Positions 10,716 through 19,077 of a stretch of 64,000 bases of DNA are shown here, piece by piece. Origin of the DNA: a virus; the IMG/VR virus record IMGVR_UViG_2513237163_000001, positions 3,708-67,707 of that record. One strand, written 5' to 3'. Each line of letters opens with the position of its first letter. The first letter of the stretch is position 1. Below the pieces are notes generated by a model that saw only the letters and a list, made by a program, of their open reading frames with translations, was not told the DNA's origin and did no database searches. A program made the translations under genes and the position numbers.

Positions 10716-11456
10716 TCAGTCCTCGTTGATCGTGAGTTCGCGGTCGAGGTGCGCCACATGCGGGCGCAGCGCGTCGGCCACGAGGGTCAATTTGCGTTGG
10801 TATTCGGCATACTTGGCCGGGTGGTGCTTGGCGAGGTAGGCAGCGCGGCCCTCGTCCCACCAAGCCGTGCAGGTCATGCAATCGAGCGCGCCCTTGCAGC
10901 CTTCCGCGTAGAAGCGCGGCGCCTCGACGCCCATGGCGTCCAGCGCCAACATCACCTGCTCGGTGGTCCAGCTTTGGATGGGGTACAGCAGTTCGATCCC
11001 GTCATGCACGTCACCGGATCGCGTGACGGGCGCGGCATAGTCGGTGTCGCGCTGACCGCGCACGATGAGCGTGATGCCGTCTGCCTTCATGCGCGCCTGC
11101 ATCGGCAGCATGATCGTGCGCGCGCAGCAGTCGTAGCGGTCCTGCAGTCGCGGGCCACCCGTGTGAATCCGCCCGATAGTCGTCGCGCTCGTCGGGATCA
11201 GGTCGGAGGGCAAGCCGAATTCGGCACGCACTTCCCCCACCACGCCATCCACTAGCGCGAGGTGCGGCACGAGGTTGGCGATCTCCCGTACCAATTTCTG
11301 CGTCTCCGGGAAGTCGTCGCCGGTACGCAGGTGGTAGACCGTCATTGCAGCCCAATACGGGCGCAGCAGGTGCAGTGCACAGAGCGAGTCCCGCCCGCCC
11401 GAGAACTGGAAGGCGATGCGCTCGTGGCGCGCGAAGGCGGCGGCGATGTCCGTCAC
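10716..11456 (-). CDS. PAPS/APS-reductase-family PP-loop protein with CC-x81-CxxC motif
   Basis: FSGGRDS PP-loop, RGQR, YPIQSWT, CC at 110-111 and CMTC at 193-196; GTG start overlaps upstream TGA. Confidence 0.85.
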   Translation of the reverse strand: MTDIAAAFARHERIAFQFSGGRDSLCALHLLRPYWAAMTVYHLRTGDDFPETQKLVREIANLVPHLALVDGVVGEVRAEFGLPSDLIPTSATTIGRIHTGGPRLQDRYDCCARTIMLPMQARMKADGITLIVRGQRDTDYAAPVTRSGDVHDGIELLYPIQSWTTEQVMLALDAMGVEAPRFYAEGCKGALDCMTCTAWWDEGRAAYLAKHHPAKYAEYQRKLTLVADALRPHVAHLDRELTINED

Positions 11457-12325
11457 AGCAGCAACGCCCCCGCGCCGACGGCAGCACCTGCCATGCTTCC
11501 CATCGACTGGTTATTGGACGAGGCAGCCTGCACACCGAGGTTCATCGCGCCGACGGTGGAGTTGTTCGCGCTGATCGCCGTATTGGCGGCGTTGATCCCC
11601 ATGCCGTAGGCGCCGGACACAGAATTGCCCGCCGCCAGGGTGTTGCCGATGCCGGCACCAGAGGTGCCCGCCGCCGCCGAGCCTGCGCCGACCGCGCTGG
11701 TCAGGTTCTGGCCGGCGGTATTGGTCATGTTCCGACCGAACGACGCTGCACCGGCCCGCAGGGCGATGCCCTTGTCGCGCGCCGCGGTGCGGGCCCCGGT
11801 CATGCCGGCCGCCGTCTGCGCCGCTTGGGCAATGTCCGTCATCCGGTTGGCGCTGGCGAACTTACCCGAGTTCGGGTTGACGCCCATCGCGGTCAACTGG
11901 CGGTTCGCCTGCTCGCGCTGGGAATCGAACGACGCCGTCATGTCCGCGCGTGCGGTGCCGGCCTGCTGGTTCTGGTCGGCGGCGGAACCGTAGTCCATCG
12001 CCTCCTGCACCATCTGCTTCTCGACGGGCTGGAAGGTGTCCTTGTAGTAGTCCCACTGCTCGTCGGAGCGGTCCTGCGCCTGCCGGGCCAAGTCCATCTG
12101 CTGGCGCGAGGCTTCCGACGAGATGTCCAGCGAGTTCTTCAACGACGGCTGCAGGTCGGCGTATTGCTGCTTTTGGAAGGCCAGATTGTCATCGGCGGAT
12201 TGCTTGGCCAACTCGGCGGCCCGCTCGTTGGAAGCCGCAATGGCGCTGGTGTCCGGGGCGCTATCGCTGCAGCAGTACAGCGTGAAGCGCGGGGCGAGGA
12301 GGCGCAGAAGATTGGAAAGGATCAT
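11453..12325 (-). CDS. Pilot / DNA-ejection protein (P22 gp7-like position, 290 aa)
   Basis: ATG 12325 with GAGGA SD; leader MILSNLLRLLAPRFTLYCCSDSAPD, coiled-coil middle, Gly/Ala-rich hydrophobic C-terminus (MAGAAVGAGALLL). Confidence 0.65.
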   Translation of the reverse strand: MILSNLLRLLAPRFTLYCCSDSAPDTSAIAASNERAAELAKQSADDNLAFQKQQYADLQPSLKNSLDISSEASRQQMDLARQAQDRSDEQWDYYKDTFQPVEKQMVQEAMDYGSAADQNQQAGTARADMTASFDSQREQANRQLTAMGVNPNSGKFASANRMTDIAQAAQTAAGMTGARTAARDKGIALRAGAASFGRNMTNTAGQNLTSAVGAGSAAAGTSGAGIGNTLAAGNSVSGAYGMGINAANTAISANNSTVGAMNLGVQAASSNNQSMGSMAGAAVGAGALLL

Positions 12326-12329
12326 GGAG

Positions 12330-12806
12330 CTATCCTCGTGCGGCCTTTTCGGCCTCAAGGTTGAGCAGGTACCGATCGAACCCCTCCGCATGCCAATGCC
12401 GTCGCGCCTCAGGCAGCGCCTTGCGCGCGTGCTCGAAGCCGCCCACCAGGAACAGCGACTTGACGAACACGTTGATGTAGTCGGAGCGCGTGATGAAGGC
12501 GATTTCCTTGTCGGTCCTCGACTCGGTCGCCTCCATGGCATTGGCCGCCATCCAATTCAGGATGGCGTTGTCAATGAGGGGGTGCAGTTGCGCGAAGTGC
12601 GCGCGGTAGAAGGGATTGGCGGGGAGCAGGACCAACGCGCTGCGGAACGCTCGGTGGATGTCCTCGTCGGAGACGGGCTTGTCCCGGTCAATCAGGTCGT
12701 CCCAGGCATGGAGGACGTCTCGGAACAGCAGGTTGAAGGCGACGGCCGCCTCATTGCCGAGCAGGAAATGCTCGAAGAACTCTTTGATGCTTGAGAATGC
12801 GCGCAT
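12330..12806 (-). CDS. DDxxD-motif protein, isoprenoid-synthase-like fold suspected
   Basis: HAWDDLIDRD aspartate-rich motif in an all-helical 158-aa protein. Confidence 0.6.
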   Translation of the reverse strand: MRAFSSIKEFFEHFLLGNEAAVAFNLLFRDVLHAWDDLIDRDKPVSDEDIHRAFRSALVLLPANPFYRAHFAQLHPLIDNAILNWMAANAMEATESRTDKEIAFITRSDYINVFVKSLFLVGGFEHARKALPEARRHWHAEGFDRYLLNLEAEKAARG

Positions 12807-12833
12807 TTCCGCCTTCGTGGCCGAATGAGCCGC

Positions 12834-12876
12834 ACTCTATCACGATACTTACCTGCGATAAGTATTACTTTCGCAA
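12834..12876 (-). promoter_or_regulatory. Operator-bearing promoter for the ejection operon
   Basis: Palindrome ATACTTA-N7-TAAGTAT (12845-12865). Minus strand has -35-like TTATCG (12861-12856), 16 bp, then -10 TAGAGT (12839-12834). Confidence 0.55.
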
Positions 12877-12879
12877 CAG

Positions 12880-13065
12880 TCAGGGCCCCTCCTCCACCTT
12901 CGGGTAGCGGTCCTTGACGGCCTTGATCGGCTCGTAGAATTCCGGCACCTTGGGAAACTCGCCGCGATCCATGGCGTGCCACAGCGCGTCAAGCTGGTCT
13001 TCCACGGGGAGATAGGCGGCTTTGCGCAGCGGCCCATGGTCGGGGCGGTGTCGGATGACTTTCAT
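12880..13065 (-). CDS. Small tail-fibre-associated protein (61 aa)
   Basis: MKVIRHRPDH..QLDALWH..VKDRYPK; coupled ATGA overlap with upstream gene. Confidence 0.6.
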   Translation of the reverse strand: MKVIRHRPDHGPLRKAAYLPVEDQLDALWHAMDRGEFPKVPEFYEPIKAVKDRYPKVEEGP

Positions 13066-13421
13066 GGAACGCTCACAGTGAAAGTGGCGTCGAGAACAGG
13101 GAAGGCCTCGACGGTGATCGTATGCTCGCCCGCCAGCAGGTCCAACTCGACAGCCGACTCGTCGTGCCCATACCGCTGGCCGTCGATGATGATGGTGCAT
13201 GGCACCGGCAGGCCGGTAAGGATTGTGCCGATCAGCGTTGCGGTGTTCTCGGGGCGCTCTAGGATTTCGCCGCCCGCGACGTAGTGGCGCAAGTCATCGC
13301 ATGCACCCACAATCACCGACTCGCCCGGATGGTTGGCTTGGATCTGCACCATCTCTTCAGGGCAGGAGCCATAGCGCAGAATTCGCCCGGCTCCGTTGTA
13401 GACCGCGTATTGCGAATTCAT
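13062..13421 (-). CDS. Tail-fibre assembly-like protein (119 aa)
   Basis: MNSQYAVYNGAGRILRYGSC; directly downstream of tail fibre, ATGA-coupled. Confidence 0.6.
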   Translation of the reverse strand: MNSQYAVYNGAGRILRYGSCPEEMVQIQANHPGESVIVGACDDLRHYVAGGEILERPENTATLIGTILTGLPVPCTIIIDGQRYGHDESAVELDLLAGEHTITVEAFPVLDATFTVSVP

Positions 13422-14950
13422 CGCTTCGTCTCCAGTAGTACGATTGAACGTTTGGCACTGGTGAAAGTGGCGCCTGTTGATCGAAACATCAGACTGTAAG
13501 TATGTGACCCACCACCGGGAGTGTCTGACAGCACCGCTGCAACTCTTGTCCAAGGGAGGCCGGCTGGATCGAGAAAGTTCTCAGCCCATATATTGGTTCC
13601 ATCTCTATCTAGCCACACCTCAATGATGTCGTCCGTCGCCGTCAAGCTGAAACTAATGAACACTGCGATAGGGGCGCCGGACGAGGTGATTGTGCAAGAC
13701 GCTTCGTTGAAAGTGCCTGAGCCGCGAGTCGATTCTGCCGCAGAGTACCCACTGACCGGGATCGTCACAGCATTGCCGGCGATCTTCAGGGTATTAACCT
13801 CTGCATCCCCGATCTTGGCGTAGGTGATCGCCGCGTCCGCAATCTTGGCCGTGCCGATATTTGCGTCGGCGATCTTCGCGGCAGTGACCTGCGCATTGCC
13901 GATCTTGGCATTGGTGATAGCGCCGTCGGCAATGTTGGCGGTGCCTACAGTGATGGTGCCGAGGTTGCCAGAGATCGCCGACAGCGACGTCACGCTGATC
14001 TTGTCCGCCGTGATGGCGCCCGCCGCCACCTTCCCCGCCGTCACCGCGCCAGCCGCCAGCACATCCGTGGTGACCGACCCCGCGGCGAGCTGCCCCGCGG
14101 TGATGCTGTTCGCCACCAGCTTATCGGCGGTGATGGTGTTGGCCGCGATCTTGTCGCCGGTGATTGTGCCCGCCTCAATCCGCGCCACATCGATGAAGCC
14201 CGCCGTGATCTTCTCGGCCGAGAGGTCCGCAATGCGCGCGTCATCGATGGCCGCCAGCCCGATCATGGCCCTGCCGATCGTGCCCACCTTGATGAAGGCG
14301 TCTCGGATGTACGTCCCCGCGGGCACCAGGTAGCCGTTGATGACGGTTGGCTCCGCCTGGATGACAAACGGCGTGGTGGAATCCCCCGTGAGGATGTCCA
14401 TCACATAGCCCGGGTCCAGGCTCGTCTGCCCCTGCGTGCCGGCCACGGCGTTGTAAGGCCCGACCACATTGGCCCGCGACACGGCGCGCACCCAGTAGTA
14501 GAGCGACCGCCCGCCCCCGACCGAATCCGCATAGACCTTTCCCGGCGTCATCCCGACGCGCGAGGCCAGGCCGAGGTCATCCACCTCTGCGCGCCAGATC
14601 TCCGTGTAGGCGTGGTTCGGGTAGGTGGGCTGCGTCCAGGTCAGCAGGATGCTGGCCAGCCCGCCGGTGGCCTCCAAGTCCGTGAGCGCAGGCGGCGGCG
14701 TGAGGTCGCCGAGGGCGTCAGGGTCGATGGAGATGCCAGGCAGCCCGCCGGGGCCGATGCCGCCCTGCCCCGGCAGCTTGACCGTGAAGCCATCCATGCC
14801 CTGCAGCATGCGCAGCGTGACCCCCATGTCCAGCTGATCGCCCCGCTGGCCATTGCGCACTTCCACCGCCTCCTTGAGCGCCGAGAGGAACCCGCGCAGC
14901 GCGGGCGAGGCATCCGTCGGGATTGCGCCGATCGAGGGGTTCTTAGACAT
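13418..14950 (-). CDS. Tail fibre / host-specificity protein (510 aa)
   Basis: Fn3-like segment (LLTWTQP..YTEIWRA..YYWVRAVS) followed by ITADKI/AKIAD short repeats typical of phage fibre shafts. Confidence 0.75.
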   Translation of the reverse strand: MSKNPSIGAIPTDASPALRGFLSALKEAVEVRNGQRGDQLDMGVTLRMLQGMDGFTVKLPGQGGIGPGGLPGISIDPDALGDLTPPPALTDLEATGGLASILLTWTQPTYPNHAYTEIWRAEVDDLGLASRVGMTPGKVYADSVGGGRSLYYWVRAVSRANVVGPYNAVAGTQGQTSLDPGYVMDILTGDSTTPFVIQAEPTVINGYLVPAGTYIRDAFIKVGTIGRAMIGLAAIDDARIADLSAEKITAGFIDVARIEAGTITGDKIAANTITADKLVANSITAGQLAAGSVTTDVLAAGAVTAGKVAAGAITADKISVTSLSAISGNLGTITVGTANIADGAITNAKIGNAQVTAAKIADANIGTAKIADAAITYAKIGDAEVNTLKIAGNAVTIPVSGYSAAESTRGSGTFNEASCTITSSGAPIAVFISFSLTATDDIIEVWLDRDGTNIWAENFLDPAGLPWTRVAAVLSDTPGGGSHTYSLMFRSTGATFTSAKRSIVLLETKR

Positions 14951-16562
14951 TGGCCAACTCCCCGATGCTGTTGGCGACAAAGACCGCCGTGACCGGGTTG
15001 GTGCCGGTCAGCTCAATCTCGCAGATGCTGTAGCGCCGCGGGGATGGCAGCTTGAAGGGCTCGCCGTTCGTGACGCTGCGCTCGTGCAGCAACGTGCCAT
15101 CGGCAAAGAGGCGGAACGTGACCGGGTAGGCCGTGGCCTTGACCTGCGCAACCGCAAAGTTGGACGGCTTGAGCAGCAGGAACTTCTTCGAGCGCCAGAG
15201 GTAGGTGAGCAGCGCCGCCCCGCTGGCGGCCCAGCGCTTGACCGTGTTTCCGACGGCGAGATACAGCCCGCCGCTGCGCAGATCGAAGTACCCTGCGGTG
15301 GCGTACAGGTCGATCTTGGTGAGCGGCGCGCGGCTGTCCTGCGGATCGAGGATGAATCCGCCCTGCACCGTGCCGGCGTCGTAGAAAGCGAAGTACTTCC
15401 CATCCCAGCCGTAGGCGTGGATCGAGGCCGGGTTGAGCGCGTCCCAGTCCTCCTGCGACAGCAGATCCTCGGTGAGCACCCGGGCCGTGCCGTTGCCGAT
15501 CAGGGCCAGGCCGTTCGGCGCGGCATAGATGACACCCGCATCCACCTTGACGATGGAGCGCGCCGAGATGCACGAATGCGGGAACGACTGGATCGGCTGG
15601 CCGGATAGCGAGGTGGTATCCGTGCCGGTGTAGGCGTAGGGGAAGCCATCGGTCAGCACGATCAGGGTCTGCTCGACCACCGCGCCGCCGATGATCTTGT
15701 GCGGCACGGAATCCCGCAGGCTCGAAGGCCACGCATAGCCCTTGTATGGCTTGCAGGCGCACACGTCCGAGCCAGAGAACCCGACCATCCCGCCATTGGG
15801 ATAGGCCAGCAGCCCGAACATATCCGCCGGCGGCATGTCGTTGTCGATCGCCGAGAGCGTCTCGCCCAGCGCAGTGCCGGCAACGTTGTCGGTAAAGGTC
15901 GTCTGCGCGGCCGGGATCTCGGCGACGAACAGCAGCGCACCGTTGTCCGCGCTTCGGTAGAGCCGCTTCGTCGTGATGTTGAACGCGCCCGACGGCGGCA
16001 GGTCCAGGCCCGACAGATCGACGGTCTGGCCCTCGTAGACGGAGACCACATTCGATGCCAGGCTCGGTGTGCCCTCCTCGCTCCAGCCGGTCACAAAGGT
16101 CATCACGTAGACGCGCGACTGCTTGACAGTGGTGGTCACGCCACCGGTGCCCTCGACAGCAACCGGGGCGGTATCCGGCGCCGGCACGCCGAGGGTGTAC
16201 GCCGCGACGGGATACCCGGTGCCGCCGGTGAGCGCCAAGGCCGAATCCGTGACCTTAGGCACCCCGTCACCCGTGAAGTACGTGCGCTCGGTGGTGTCGC
16301 CCGCCACCTGCCCGCGTACGGCATTGACGACCGTGGTCCAGTGGAACCAGAAGGTCGCATCGCCTACCACGTCCTGACCAAAGCGGTAGATTGACTTGAT
16401 CGGCCCAGGCTTGGAGAGCGTGGCAATGTCGGCCGTGCCAGCCCAGCCGCGCAGGTCGCCGCGATTGAAGCGGCAGTTCTGCGCAATCTGCGCCGCGTTG
16501 TCAGGCAACTCGGTCGGCTCGAACAGCGGCATGATACCGGTTGGGACTTTGATAGCGAGCAT
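14943..16562 (-). CDS. Tail hub/stabilisation protein (P22 gp10 / tubular protein B-like)
   Basis: 539 aa beta-rich protein in tail cluster; ends with the WRSKKF..EIELTG motif typical of this class. Confidence 0.65.
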   Translation of the reverse strand: MLAIKVPTGIMPLFEPTELPDNAAQIAQNCRFNRGDLRGWAGTADIATLSKPGPIKSIYRFGQDVVGDATFWFHWTTVVNAVRGQVAGDTTERTYFTGDGVPKVTDSALALTGGTGYPVAAYTLGVPAPDTAPVAVEGTGGVTTTVKQSRVYVMTFVTGWSEEGTPSLASNVVSVYEGQTVDLSGLDLPPSGAFNITTKRLYRSADNGALLFVAEIPAAQTTFTDNVAGTALGETLSAIDNDMPPADMFGLLAYPNGGMVGFSGSDVCACKPYKGYAWPSSLRDSVPHKIIGGAVVEQTLIVLTDGFPYAYTGTDTTSLSGQPIQSFPHSCISARSIVKVDAGVIYAAPNGLALIGNGTARVLTEDLLSQEDWDALNPASIHAYGWDGKYFAFYDAGTVQGGFILDPQDSRAPLTKIDLYATAGYFDLRSGGLYLAVGNTVKRWAASGAALLTYLWRSKKFLLLKPSNFAVAQVKATAYPVTFRLFADGTLLHERSVTNGEPFKLPSPRRYSICEIELTGTNPVTAVFVANSIGELANV

Positions 16563-16572
16563 AGGCAGCACC

Positions 16573-16603
16573 AAAGAAAAAGCCCCGCTCAGTGGCGGGG
16601 CTT
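16573..16603 (-). terminator. Rho-independent terminator
   Basis: AAGCCCCGC-CACTGA-GCGGGGCTT followed by U-tract on minus strand. Confidence 0.75.
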
Positions 16604-16622
16604 GGTGTGGGGCGGGAGGGGC

Positions 16623-16847
16623 TTAGGCGAGCGTGATAACCGGATCGCCGAGGGGGTTCGCCGGCGGCTCGGCGCTCTCTGCCCGCGCGGCAGCGACACG
16701 CTCGGCGAGGCTCTGATTGGCCGTCCCCTCGATCAGCGCGATCAGGCTGGTGATGTGCTCGCGCTGGCGGATCAGGCCTTGCAGGACGATGTTGACGTCG
16801 GCCGGCGAGAGGTCGGGCAGTGCAGCGAGGATGGGGGACTGGCTCAT
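16623..16847 (-). CDS. Hypothetical protein (74 aa)
   Basis: ATGA-coupled to upstream phosphoesterase; GGAGGG SD. Confidence 0.55.
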   Translation of the reverse strand: MSQSPILAALPDLSPADVNIVLQGLIRQREHITSLIALIEGTANQSLAERVAAARAESAEPPANPLGDPVITLA

Positions 16848-18013
16848 GCTGCACCCTCCGACAGCATTCCAACGTCGCAACGGTGCCGCTCGATCTCCCC
16901 GTGCTCGCGGTGATGCACGATCAGACGCATGTCGCGGCCGGCTCGATAGCCCTGCCCTGCGTGCCAGGCATCGCGCGCAGCCAGCGTGCGGAAATACTCG
17001 ACCACGCCGCCGCGGTACTCCTTGGAATCCTGGTGGTGGACGTGCCCGACATACCAATATCGGTGCCCCGTCTCACCCCAGTCCTGCGGGCGGTCGGCAG
17101 CCATCAGGCTCACCATGTCCGCGCCCTTGATCGTGTCGCCATGCGTCGAGCCGATCAGCACCTTGCCGAATCGGTAGTACCAAGCCACGGCCGGCGACAG
17201 ATCCACCTCCACGCGCGGCTCGTCGTGGAAGTAGCACGAGAGCATCAGCGCGAGCGCGTAGGACGAGTGCCCATCGTGGTTGCCGCGGTTGACGCGCACC
17301 ACCACCTTCTGGTGCCTTTCGAGCAGGCGGCGAACGCAGTAGAGCATCGCGCGCAGGCCGACTTGCTGGACCTTGGCCCAGCGCCCGTCCACATCGAGCT
17401 GGTGGCCGGATTGTGACTGGTTCTTCTGATTATCAGCATGGAATGCATCGCCGAGGTTCAGCAGCAATGCCGTCTTAGCGGGCGGCGCGCTGGCCACGAG
17501 GCGATCCACCGCGCTGCACGTAAGGCGCTCGGCAATGCTGAGGTCGAAGTCCTCTCCCGCGTCCTGCCACCAGGCGTACATGCCAAAGTGCGGGTCGCCC
17601 TGCGGGTAGACGCACAGCAGATCCTCGTCAGCCACCTTGGGCGGCTTCGTGATCGGCGCGAGGCCCTTGACGCCCTCGGCCATCGTAGCGGCGAAGTCCC
17701 GCATGATTTGCTCGAAGCGCTCCGGATCTTGGGCACTCTTCACCCACTGCCCGCGCGGCTTGCCTTCCTCGTCATAGTAGGTCGACACCCCCTTGACCAT
17801 GAACCCGTCGGGCACCGTACGGGTCATGGCGTGTTCCGGCGAATACCCCGCCTTCGCCGCCCGCTTCCGCAGCGCCACCATGGAGTCATTCACCGCAGTC
17901 TTGCCCACTCCCAAAGCCCTGGCCGCCTTCGTGCCGCTCCCGTGCTTCAGGATGGCCTCAAGATATTCCAGTTGCCGCGGTGTCGCCCACTCGCGCAGTC
18001 GGTCATCAATCAT
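16844..18013 (-). CDS. HTH + calcineurin-like metallophosphoesterase
   Basis: N-terminal HTH (GTKAARALGVGKTAV); GDPHFG, GDAFH, GNHD, HGD, GHVHH motifs. Confidence 0.85.
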   Translation of the reverse strand: MIDDRLREWATPRQLEYLEAILKHGSGTKAARALGVGKTAVNDSMVALRKRAAKAGYSPEHAMTRTVPDGFMVKGVSTYYDEEGKPRGQWVKSAQDPERFEQIMRDFAATMAEGVKGLAPITKPPKVADEDLLCVYPQGDPHFGMYAWWQDAGEDFDLSIAERLTCSAVDRLVASAPPAKTALLLNLGDAFHADNQKNQSQSGHQLDVDGRWAKVQQVGLRAMLYCVRRLLERHQKVVVRVNRGNHDGHSSYALALMLSCYFHDEPRVEVDLSPAVAWYYRFGKVLIGSTHGDTIKGADMVSLMAADRPQDWGETGHRYWYVGHVHHQDSKEYRGGVVEYFRTLAARDAWHAGQGYRAGRDMRLIVHHREHGEIERHRCDVGMLSEGAA

Positions 18014-18017
18014 GGTA

Positions 18018-18212
18018 TTAGCTGCTCAGTCGTTGGCGGAATTCACCGCAAGCGGGCGAGGACGGCTCGCACCTGGGAAACTGCTGGATGGGCTGATAGA
18101 GGTCATCGACCCCAAGAACAACAGGCGGATACCGGCGGCATTCGCCCAACTCCTTGCAGAAGTAGGCGCACGGGCCGCAGCTCGGCCGGGCTTCGGGCTT
18201 CTTGCGTGCCAT
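18018..18212 (-). CDS. Small Cys-rich phage protein (64 aa)
   Basis: CxxC..CRRYPP..CGEF pattern. Confidence 0.6.
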   Translation of the reverse strand: MARKKPEARPSCGPCAYFCKELGECRRYPPVVLGVDDLYQPIQQFPRCEPSSPACGEFRQRLSS

Positions 18213-18215
18213 GGC

Positions 18216-18440
18216 TCAGTCCGGCAGCGCAGCGTTCGCACCCACGCCCGGCTCGATCGACTTGACGCAGTGGTCCGCCTGGAACCAGTTGAGGAAGCGG
18301 CAGAGCACGCAGCCCCAGCGCTTTTCCTCGCGCATGGCCTTACCGGCGCGGCTTGAAATCGTCTCGTCCGGGTCGCCGCCGAGCACGGCATTGGCGCCCT
18401 GGTCGAGGGCGATGAGCAGGTTCCAGAGGTATCGGCGCAT
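18216..18440 (-). CDS. Conserved phage protein with DPDETISSR motif (74 aa)
   Basis: ATG 18440 with AAGGAG SD; LDQGANAVLGGDPDETISSRAGK..DHC. Confidence 0.7.
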   Translation of the reverse strand: MRRYLWNLLIALDQGANAVLGGDPDETISSRAGKAMREEKRWGCVLCRFLNWFQADHCVKSIEPGVGANAALPD

Positions 18441-18461
18441 GGGCGTCTCCTTTTGGGCATG

Positions 18462-18483
18462 AAAAAACCGCCCGAAGGCGGTT
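18462..18483 (-). terminator. Rho-independent terminator
   Basis: AACCGCC-TTCG-GGCGGTTTTTT on minus strand. Confidence 0.8.
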
Positions 18484-18623
18484 GAGGGGGAATCGTAGGC
18501 CGGTCTGCCTATCCGGGCAGCACGGTAACCGGCTTTGGGGTTGGTAGAGATGCTAGTGGTGGGAGGGGCAATTCGAGTCGCGCGGCGCAAAAGGTCGCGC
18601 CCAGAAGGCGAACATATCCCACC

Positions 18624-18632
18624 TGCTATGAT
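18624..18632 (+). promoter_or_regulatory. Extended -10 promoter for the moron
   Basis: TG-C-TATGAT about 30 nt upstream of an ORF with GAGGA SD. Confidence 0.45.
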
Positions 18633-18661
18633 CCCTCGCTCGAACAATGCGAGGAAAAATG

Positions 18662-18889
18662 ATGCTTTCGGCTATATGGAGGCTGCTCGATCTTGCACGG
18701 TCGACACAGCATGGTCCCGCACCCACAGCCCCAACGATGCAATGCGAGCAAGCCTTTTTTGATGGTGTGCGAGCGTTTTACGCAGGCCTACGCAAGGCAG
18801 ATAACCCCTACTGGCAAGGAAGACCTCATCTACGGCAGGCCTGGGACAACGGATACGAATACAGCGATTGCCTCGCTCGACCGTGGTGA
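18662..18889 (+). CDS. Rmf/CrpP-like small protein (75 aa)
   Basis: AFFDGVRAFYAGLRKADNPY..AWDNGY matches the G..A...G.....PY..W..G pattern of ribosome-modulation-factor-like proteins. Confidence 0.5.
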   Translation: MLSAIWRLLDLARSTQHGPAPTAPTMQCEQAFFDGVRAFYAGLRKADNPYWQGRPHLRQAWDNGYEYSDCLARPW

Positions 18890-19077
18890 CTGTAGATGCT
18901 CAATTCGAGTTCAGGCCGATCGCATGCAATCCCCCACTTGGAAGGGATTGATGCATTGAGCACACAGGTAGAATCCCTTGTGGCGCACGACGAAACCAGA
19001 AATGCGCGCCGATTCAAGACCAGAACCTCAAGGGTGAGCTGGTACAAAAACGGATCACAACAAATAGGGGTCCATCA

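Noticed and set aside
10716-11456. Dnd phosphorothioation system
   Set aside because: Only a PAPS-reductase-family gene is present; no DndA/B/D/E or Ssp genes in the window.
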